Shown here: positions 57,448 to 64,000 of the stretch, piece by piece
Numbering within the stretch: position 1 is the first letter of the stretch
Layout of the letters: every line of letters begins with the position of its first letter
DNA from: a virus
Direction: 5' to 3' (one strand)
Length of the DNA stretch: 64,000 bases
Virus record (IMG/VR): IMGVR_UViG_3300046007_014223
Span: 1-64,000 of that record
Program-made: the position numbers and the translations under genes
The notes under the pieces: model-generated
Database searches by the model: none
Seen by the model: the letters and a program-made list of their open reading frames with translations, nothing else
What the model was told of the DNA's origin: nothing

Positions 57448-57835
57448 TTGTCTTAGTGTCTTGTTGCTTTATCATTCGCAACAAGTCCTCCGTTGATCCT
57501 GCAAAGACAATGTTGTTTTGTTGTGCTATTTGAGCTGCAGCAACAGGAGATTCTTTTGGGTTATCTAATTCAAATTTTTGCTTTTTCAATGTCAAAAGAT
57601 CTTTAGCGACATCTGACATTGTTTTCATAATCTGTCCTGCAACCTCATAACTACGAGGATGCTCTGAACTTCTAGCCAAAGAAATAACATCATCCAAAGC
57701 ATTCCTACCTTGTGTTATAACCTCTCGCAAGGTATCACGAGCAAGTTCATAATCGTCATCATGTTGAACTTCTCGCAAAACTCTTTGTGATTCACGAGGT
57801 TCTATATTAAATACCTCATTTAGTTTATCAGTCAT
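57434..57835 (-). CDS. 16: terminase small subunit gp16
   Basis: DDYELAR, HPRSYEV, GSTEDL. Confidence 0.92.
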   Translation of the reverse strand: MTDKLNEVFNIEPRESQRVLREVQHDDDYELARDTLREVITQGRNALDDVISLARSSEHPRSYEVAGQIMKTMSDVAKDLLTLKKQKFELDNPKESPVAAAQIAQQNNIVFAGSTEDLLRMIKQQDTKTIDSE

Positions 57836-58586
57836 CTAATCCCTCAAATGTCTCTACAAAAACAATCGTATTGCCGGGGTAAACATTTGCTGTAGTTGTT
57901 ACAGAATAGTTAAACATTAGATTGCTTAATTCAGGATCAGAATACGTATTAACTTTAGCTGTTCTAATAACACCCTGCTTGGAAGAGGGCCCATAGAAGT
58001 TAACTTTCATTGTAAATGATAAGGTCCAAATAATCGCTCTACGTTCTGTAAACTCTCCATCATAACTATCAGAAAATTCTATATTATCAAGGATTATTGG
58101 AATATCATGCTTAATGTTTAATTCGGGCACTGCTTTAATGGTTAAATTAAAGTCTGGATTAAAATAAGGAAGAATTTGTTCTATTACTTGTAATGCATCA
58201 TCAGAATTTTTTGCGTAGATATAAAGATTTATTAAAATATTATAAGGAACAGGAGCGTATTGTGTTGTAAGTGTGTTGTTTGTTGAATTCACATACCTAT
58301 TTTGTTGAACCGCAGATATCTTTCTTGTTGAATCATATGTTATTTTTACTAATTCAAAAGACATACGAGGCAGAACAATTTGAACATTTCTCTCTTCTGC
58401 GTTAGGTAATTGATCTATTCTTGCAAGAAATTTTTGTCTCGGGGCGTATGCAAGTGGAACACGAATCGATTTGTTAATTGATCCATTAGCATTTAGACGT
58501 TCTATTTCAACGTTATTGAAAAGATTTCCAAATGCAATGATGCATTTACGAATTGTACCCCAATAAAAGCGTCCGGTGCTTAACAT
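57828..58586 (-). CDS. 15: tail sheath stabilizer gp15
   Basis: FGNLFN, VPLAYAP, LPRMSFE, EQILPYFNP. Confidence 0.95.
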   Translation of the reverse strand: MLSTGRFYWGTIRKCIIAFGNLFNNVEIERLNANGSINKSIRVPLAYAPRQKFLARIDQLPNAEERNVQIVLPRMSFELVKITYDSTRKISAVQQNRYVNSTNNTLTTQYAPVPYNILINLYIYAKNSDDALQVIEQILPYFNPDFNLTIKAVPELNIKHDIPIILDNIEFSDSYDGEFTERRAIIWTLSFTMKVNFYGPSSKQGVIRTAKVNTYSDPELSNLMFNYSVTTTANVYPGNTIVFVETFEGLDD

Positions 58587-59332
58587 TATCGTGTATATAC
58601 CTCACCAAAAGGGTTGCGCTCTGTAAAATCAAGAATATCAGATATGTTAGTATCAAAATCATCATTTTGAGCATTTTTGTCGGTAGTGTTTATGTCAAAT
58701 GTTTCAATGAGAAGCTCAGATGGTCTGTCTGTTTCCAAAAGAAAAGGTGTGCTATCTTCTAATTCTAATGCAAAAACATCGACCCCCTGATTAATCTTAT
58801 CTTCGATTTCATCAATCTCTCGAATTTCAGTGTTAATATTTTCATGACTATATTGAAATAGTTCACACTCAAGTTTATAAACATAAAGTTTACCCACCTG
58901 AAAGAATGGATCTTTTACTTCAACATATTTAATTTCGAAAAATGATTTCGTCACAGGAAAATATAATAAATCCCCCTCTGCAGGTCGATTCACTAAAACA
59001 CTAGCTTTCTTCCTACCGACTGATTGTTCCCATCTTCTACGAGCTATAATAAAAGTAGCGGTATCTTGTATTTCTACACCGAACTTACTTAAAAGATCTG
59101 TACCTCCAAACCCTGTAGTATTCTCCAAATAAGCTTCTAATGGAAACGCATCTTCATACTTATTTGTGGGGTCTTCATTTAAAATTAAATCACGGTTAAC
59201 AGCAACACGCGGAATATAATAACAATCAAATCCATAAATTTTTAAACATTCAATAATAAGATCTTCATGAAGAAGCGACTCTGATCGCTTCCCCATCGGT
59301 ATTCCACTTTGAAAATAGAAATTTGTTGGCAT
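58586..59332 (-). CDS. 14: neck protein gp14
   Basis: YYIPR, SKFG, RPAEGDL, PFFQVGK, NPFGE. Confidence 0.95.
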   Translation of the reverse strand: MPTNFYFQSGIPMGKRSESLLHEDLIIECLKIYGFDCYYIPRVAVNRDLILNEDPTNKYEDAFPLEAYLENTTGFGGTDLLSKFGVEIQDTATFIIARRRWEQSVGRKKASVLVNRPAEGDLLYFPVTKSFFEIKYVEVKDPFFQVGKLYVYKLECELFQYSHENINTEIREIDEIEDKINQGVDVFALELEDSTPFLLETDRPSELLIETFDINTTDKNAQNDDFDTNISDILDFTERNPFGEVYTR

Positions 59333-59396
59333 TACTTATCTTGTGTATTGTTATTTAATTGACATGGGTGTACAATTGCTTTGTCAGGAATGATGA

Positions 59397-60356
59397 TTAA
59401 CCAACAAAAAAGTCAGTAGGCAATTCAAATCTTGACTGAACTTCATCTTCAATTTTTTGTATCTCTTCTAAAGCCTCTTCGAAGATTTTTTGTCCATTCA
59501 AAGTGACACCGCCGGGTAACTGAACACCTTCAAATTTCTTTAGGTTCTCTCCCCACTGTCGTTTCAAAAGAGCTGTTGCATATCTTTTAAGGAACATATC
59601 ATTATAAACATCAGTATACGTGCTTGGATCTAGAATTCTAAAGGCATTAACAATTAAGTAATCACCCAATCCTGCGTCTTTTTCCCAATCCATATCAACA
59701 AACAATTTATTCATATGTCGATTATAGCGGAAAGGTTTTTCTCCAACAAGAAGCATATTAATCATTTGAAGGTGATTCTGAATCATTGTATAATGAATCA
59801 TGTCTACTGACATAAGATTATACAAATCTTGAACCAACATTTGATACCGAATATCAAATAAGTTTATGCCTGATGTTCGGTTATAGAAAGGTAAAACTTT
59901 CTTGATTCCATACACTGCATCAGAAATAGGGAAGTAACGATTATCGTATGTACCCTTTGAAAAGGAAGTGACAACACCTGTTGCACCAGAATCAGCAATT
60001 ACTGTTTCTCCTGCTGTGAAATCTACGTCTTGAGTTGTCTTGTAAACTTGAATTAAGTTTCCTGAGAGAGGTGTAGAGACAACTGTTGTTAAAACACCAG
60101 AAGTTTGACCCGTAATTTTTTCACCACCGACAAATGCATTTGCAGTATTGGTAGTTAAAATTAAGTTTGAGGAAGTAATCTGTGCCTTCAGATAAACTTC
60201 TTCCACAGCATCGAAGTGATATTCTCGATAGAATTGTAAAGCATCATCTATTCTATCTTCTATCTGGTCATCATCAACGTTAATTTCAATAACGGGGTGA
60301 CCTAGTCGACGCAAGCAATAATCTATTAATTCTTGTCTAGATGATACAGAAGCCAT
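59397..60356 (-). CDS. 13: neck protein gp13
   Basis: YCLRRLGHPVIEINV, QWGENLKKF, LPGGVTLNG. Confidence 0.96.
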   Translation of the reverse strand: MASVSSRQELIDYCLRRLGHPVIEINVDDDQIEDRIDDALQFYREYHFDAVEEVYLKAQITSSNLILTTNTANAFVGGEKITGQTSGVLTTVVSTPLSGNLIQVYKTTQDVDFTAGETVIADSGATGVVTSFSKGTYDNRYFPISDAVYGIKKVLPFYNRTSGINLFDIRYQMLVQDLYNLMSVDMIHYTMIQNHLQMINMLLVGEKPFRYNRHMNKLFVDMDWEKDAGLGDYLIVNAFRILDPSTYTDVYNDMFLKRYATALLKRQWGENLKKFEGVQLPGGVTLNGQKIFEEALEEIQKIEDEVQSRFELPTDFFVG

Positions 60357-60357
60357 A

Positions 60358-60395
60358 ACAGTCCCTATAAGTTTCTGAATATTTATAAGGACTGT
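60358..60395 (-). promoter_or_regulatory. late promoter inside an SD-sequestering hairpin upstream of gp13
   Basis: ACAGTCCTTATAA...TTATAGGGACTGT 13-bp stem; TATAAATA at 60380-60387. Confidence 0.7.
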
Positions 60396-60401
60396 AAGTT
60401 A

Positions 60402-61238
60402 CTACTTCAGGCCCATTGTTTTACGTATTTTTGTGGCACTAATTGAGTGTATATTATCATCAAAAACTTCTTGCTCTATCTTATATCCCACATCTCGACC
60501 ATACGTTATATTTACAATGTTGGGGACTGCAATAATCTCATACTGACCTTGATAATGAGGGTCTAGATCTCTGCGAATAAAGTTTTTAACTTGCTGAATT
60601 GCAAAGGGATTACTATCATTCCACCCCTGACAATCACGAATCATAATACAAACTTGACCCGTTTTAGCAAGAGCTCTTTCGAATAGTGCACGATGACCTG
60701 CATGCCAAGGTTGCCATCGGCCCAACATTTGAACGCTTTCTTTTTGCCAATCAAATCTTGGACGACGAAGATTTTGCACAATTCTTTCACCCACATAAGG
60801 AACCCATGCTTCAGCATTTTGTTCTGTTATACGAAAATCATACTGTTCTGGTGGTATAAATGCCTTATTTGTGTCATCAAATCTACCTTCTGCAATGGTA
60901 TCCATCCAGATTGTCCAATCTGCTTTAAAGTTGTTTCGCATCTCTACAAGAGGCGCTACAAAATCGCAAATTACATATTCTTCATTACAAGAAAGAGCGA
61001 ATTCAAGCATTCGAATAGATTGACGAATTCTTCCTTCAGTGGTGAAATCCCAATCATTATACTTTCTTCGTACTTCGTCAGCATTAAACCACTTTACTCG
61101 AGCGTTTAGGTTTTGAAAGGGTGTATCAGGTGCAGATGATAGATCCCTTTTTCCGTGCTTCTCAAGGTAAATTTTTAATCTTTCTGCAAAGTATGTCTTT
61201 CCTGCCCCAGGAAGACCCATAATAAGAATTTTTTGCAT
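60402..61238 (-). CDS. adenylylsulfate-kinase-like P-loop domain fused to an HxGH nucleotidyltransferase
   Basis: GLPGAGKT, NADEVR, DF...GR..Q; C-terminal GRWQPWHAGH. Confidence 0.75.
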   Translation of the reverse strand: MQKILIMGLPGAGKTYFAERLKIYLEKHGKRDLSSAPDTPFQNLNARVKWFNADEVRRKYNDWDFTTEGRIRQSIRMLEFALSCNEEYVICDFVAPLVEMRNNFKADWTIWMDTIAEGRFDDTNKAFIPPEQYDFRITEQNAEAWVPYVGERIVQNLRRPRFDWQKESVQMLGRWQPWHAGHRALFERALAKTGQVCIMIRDCQGWNDSNPFAIQQVKNFIRRDLDPHYQGQYEIIAVPNIVNITYGRDVGYKIEQEVFDDNIHSISATKIRKTMGLK

Positions 61239-61239
61239 A

Positions 61240-61497
61240 TTAAGCCAACGCTGCCTTTCCATTAGTAATTGCTGCTGTAAGATCGGATAGATCGCCCCCA
61301 AGTTCAACAACTTGTGGATCTGACATAACGATTTCTAAATGAGCAACGTTGCGTTCAATATTTCCGCGACCTTCTTCTGAAAGCACTCCTGTGTCAGCTT
61401 TCTTTTGAAGTTCATTTGTAACAACCCAAACGCTGTCACGTGCTGCTCGTACTGTTCCATCTACTCTTTGCTGTGCTGTTAGTTGTTGTTCAAGCAT
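61240..61497 (-). CDS. hypothetical protein
   Basis: 85 aa, GGAG RBS. Confidence 0.65.
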   Translation of the reverse strand: MLEQQLTAQQRVDGTVRAARDSVWVVTNELQKKADTGVLSEEGRGNIERNVAHLEIVMSDPQVVELGGDLSDLTAAITNGKAALA

Positions 61498-61498
61498 T

Positions 61499-62431
61499 TT
61501 AAGCTCCTATTATAAATGAAGGATTTTCTTGTGTTATGGGGAGTTCATTATCTGGAAGAAATTCTTCTTGAGGAATTTCTTCATTCATTGTACGCCAAAA
61601 TTCAGCGTTCTTACATTTATTTATAATTGTTTCAGATAAAATTTCAGCAGGATTTATACCACGACGACCCAAAGTTGTACGAACATCATGCATGTCTGCC
61701 ATTCCATATACTTGACCATCGTTTTCTTGGTGAATATTTACCAGGTTTGCAAAGTCATGTTTGAAGTAGTCCTCTTCAAGAAAGTCGTAAATTTTTTCCA
61801 TGGTATCTTGTGGATTATCAAGTAAATCATCATATTCGACAAAGTGTAAAGCCCTTTGTTGTCCTTGCATGATGCATTGCTTTAACCCCTCATAACTTTG
61901 ACCTAAAATGCCCATGGGGCTTGCTAATAGCTCACATCGATTATCATCTGTTAGTGGGAGATTTGATTTAACAAGCATTTCATCAAGAAAATTAAGTTTT
62001 ACGCTATCAACTTTTTGAAGATTTCTTCTTTGCATTGCGATGAACGATGCAAGGATTTCATCAATACTTCTAACAGGGCAAATAACTTTTGGCTGAATGC
62101 CAAAGTATCCTGAAATATAATGTAACCGATTAACCCATGATCTGTTTTTATCAATGATTACGGGTTTGTCAACATCCATATAAAATTGTGGCAAAATGTT
62201 TGCAATCATTTGTGCAGCAATTTGTGGTTTTGGATACGCTAAAAACAATTCATCTTGTGCCAAAGATGTTTCAAGAGCAAGCATCGTAGGCACTACAGGC
62301 GAGCTAGGTCCGGAATAGATTCGTGGATTTTGATTTAAAATAGCAGATAATAGAGTGCTACCCGCTCGAGGCAGTCCTGCCATAAAGTAATAAGATTTTG
62401 GTTCAATTTGTTTTGGGGGTTCATTAGCCAT
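61499..62431 (-). CDS. sulfotransferase
   Basis: GLPRAGSTLL 5'-PSB motif, DK, VRSIDEILAS 3'-PB motif, VEYDDL. Confidence 0.85.
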   Translation of the reverse strand: MANEPPKQIEPKSYYFMAGLPRAGSTLLSAILNQNPRIYSGPSSPVVPTMLALETSLAQDELFLAYPKPQIAAQMIANILPQFYMDVDKPVIIDKNRSWVNRLHYISGYFGIQPKVICPVRSIDEILASFIAMQRRNLQKVDSVKLNFLDEMLVKSNLPLTDDNRCELLASPMGILGQSYEGLKQCIMQGQQRALHFVEYDDLLDNPQDTMEKIYDFLEEDYFKHDFANLVNIHQENDGQVYGMADMHDVRTTLGRRGINPAEILSETIINKCKNAEFWRTMNEEIPQEEFLPDNELPITQENPSFIIGA

Positions 62432-62440
62432 AATAATCTC

Positions 62441-63340
62441 CTATTGCTTGTCCACAGATTCAATAATCTTATTTACATCAAACAATTTTACATCTTCTGT
62501 GAAAGGATATTCATGTTCATTCCCGTTAAAATCAAAGTCAAATAGATAGCTTCCGGGAAGTTTAAAGTCGTATGGAATTTCTGTGCAAATATTATCATGC
62601 ATATCATAACCAAATACCTTGGGGCTTGTTCCATTCCATAAAACGGTTGATTTTTTATTCATTGCAGCCGCGGCGTGTTGCAAACTTGAATCGATTAAAA
62701 TTCTTTTTTTTGCATGGAGTAAAATGGTAAAAAATTCAATCAAACTTAAAGATTGTTGAGGTGTAGCAAAAATGTGTTCTGCTCCATCAAGTTTTGGTGA
62801 GTTAAATTTTGTTACCTGATAGATGTGATAATCATTTTTGTAATGATTAATAAGATCCTGAGCAATATCGGGAGGCATGTCACGTGTCCATGCATATGGT
62901 TTTGCGTCAGTTGCCATCAATCCCCCGTTTGTATGAATCAACATTAGAGGTTTGTTTCTTTGCCAGAAAGTTTTTGATAAGTCAAATTGCAACTTGTTAA
63001 ACTTTAAAATTGGCATTTCATTATTATACTTCAATCCATACATCTCACACCAGTTAGGGATAAGTCTTTTTCTTTTGTGAATGTGATTTGTAGTAAAGTA
63101 GGGTTCGTGATGGAACAAAATAGAATCTTTATCTTGAACATACCTTTGATAAAAATAACTTGTATTACCCAAAGTATATACACGTTCGACAAAGTTTAGA
63201 TTTATAAACAAATCTGGGTAAGCACAAACCACAATTAGTTTTCTATCTGGGTAGTTGTTTTTAATGCACCTTGCTACAGCGGTCGCTGCTACATGTTTAC
63301 CAATCCCCCCTTGAAGGTGGAAAATACTATATTTACTCAT
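62441..63340 (-). CDS. GT-B (GT9-like) glycosyltransferase
   Basis: GGIGK, IDSSLQHAAAA, LW.GTSP..FGY. Confidence 0.7.
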   Translation of the reverse strand: MSKYSIFHLQGGIGKHVAATAVARCIKNNYPDRKLIVVCAYPDLFINLNFVERVYTLGNTSYFYQRYVQDKDSILFHHEPYFTTNHIHKRKRLIPNWCEMYGLKYNNEMPILKFNKLQFDLSKTFWQRNKPLMLIHTNGGLMATDAKPYAWTRDMPPDIAQDLINHYKNDYHIYQVTKFNSPKLDGAEHIFATPQQSLSLIEFFTILLHAKKRILIDSSLQHAAAAMNKKSTVLWNGTSPKVFGYDMHDNICTEIPYDFKLPGSYLFDFDFNGNEHEYPFTEDVKLFDVNKIIESVDKQ

Positions 63341-64000
63341 AATTTCCTCATTGTGTTTTGTACAATTTCCCAATTTCTTCCATTAAAGAAATGATTATAT
63401 CGGTACACGTTTACAGTATCAAGATCAATTCTTCTTTGAACACTTTGTTTTATATCTTCACTGACAATAGTTTTTGAAACTACACCATGAATCTTGCTTG
63501 TTTTTAAAGTATAAATATTTTTGCATCGTTGAATCAAATAATCATCCCCATACCACACTTGATATAAACTTGGTATTACACGATAAGATGATCTTTTCAC
63601 AAACATACACACACCATAAGCAAAACTCTGCCCACCAATAGGTTGTGACTTATTTACGTTTAAGCGAATAAGTTCTTCTTTTCTATCGGGATGGTTGGTG
63701 ATGTGATAGTTGGTGATACCATCCTTTAAATGCACTCCGATTATGTCTATTTCGGAAAAATCTAAATTTTGCATAAACTCAAAAACACCATCTTCAACAT
63801 ATATATCATCGTTTAAAAGATTGATTATATCTGCGTTTGAACGATAGTATCCTTCATTCCATGCAGGGTTCACATAAATATTTTTGCCATAATTAACTAA
63901 GGTCAACTTATCGTGTTTGATTAAATCTTTTGGGCGTTTAACATAATCATTGTCGATTACAATGATCTTATTGATAGACTTACACTCACAATATTTTTTT
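63337..64000 (-). CDS. GT2 glycosyltransferase, 5' end beyond the window
   Basis: VIDN, NIYVNPAWNEG, LLNDD, WYGDD. Confidence 0.75.
   Translation of the reverse strand, partial: KKYCECKSINKIIVIDNDYVKRPKDLIKHDKLTLVNYGKNIYVNPAWNEGYYRSNADIINLLNDDIYVEDGVFEFMQNLDFSEIDIIGVHLKDGITNYHITNHPDRKEELIRLNVNKSQPIGGQSFAYGVCMFVKRSSYRVIPSLYQVWYGDDYLIQRCKNIYTLKTSKIHGVVSKTIVSEDIKQSVQRRIDLDTVNVYRYNHFFNGRNWEIVQNTMRKL

Noticed and set aside
33453-60356. Introns, inteins or homing endonucleases in core genes
   Set aside because: gp46, gp47, uvsW, gp23, gp20, gp18 and gp17 are uninterrupted and of ordinary length; no HNH or GIY-YIG ORF seen.

Overview
A 64-kb segment of a large T4-like (Tevenvirinae/Kyanoviridae-type) myophage genome, almost entirely encoded on the - strand. 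Left to right it holds: (1) a SleB-type hydrolase and a hypervariable array of short, translationally coupled ORFs built from shared DNA blocks (MNERIREL / EKFAELIVREC / HFGVE*); (2) 23 tRNA genes with encoded CCA, interleaved with an RNase H-fold gene and several unexplained structured non-coding segments, two of them closed by the same 15-20 bp stem; (3) hsp20 with a ROSE-like leader, regA and clamp/clamp loader; (4) a ~17-kb nucleotide-sugar/glycosyltransferase island behind a T4 late promoter; (5) an AAA ATPase + metallopeptidase-VWA pair, peptide deformylase and gp46/47; (6) a complete 7-deazaguanine cluster (yhhQ, queD, Gat, queC, queF, dpdA/TGT-like, folE, queE) at the position T4 uses for alpha-glucosyltransferase; (7) gp55, uvsW, uvsY and the gp3/23/22/21/20/19/18/17/16/15/14/13 morphogenesis block; (8) an APS-kinase-like/HxGH fusion, a sulfotransferase and glycosyltransferases. 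The most intriguing items are the stem-bounded ncRNA cassettes in the tRNA array, the cassette-like ORF array, the deazaguanine cluster with both QueF and a stand-alone Gat, and the branched-sugar and sulfation modules. All calls are from reading motifs by eye; no database searches were run.
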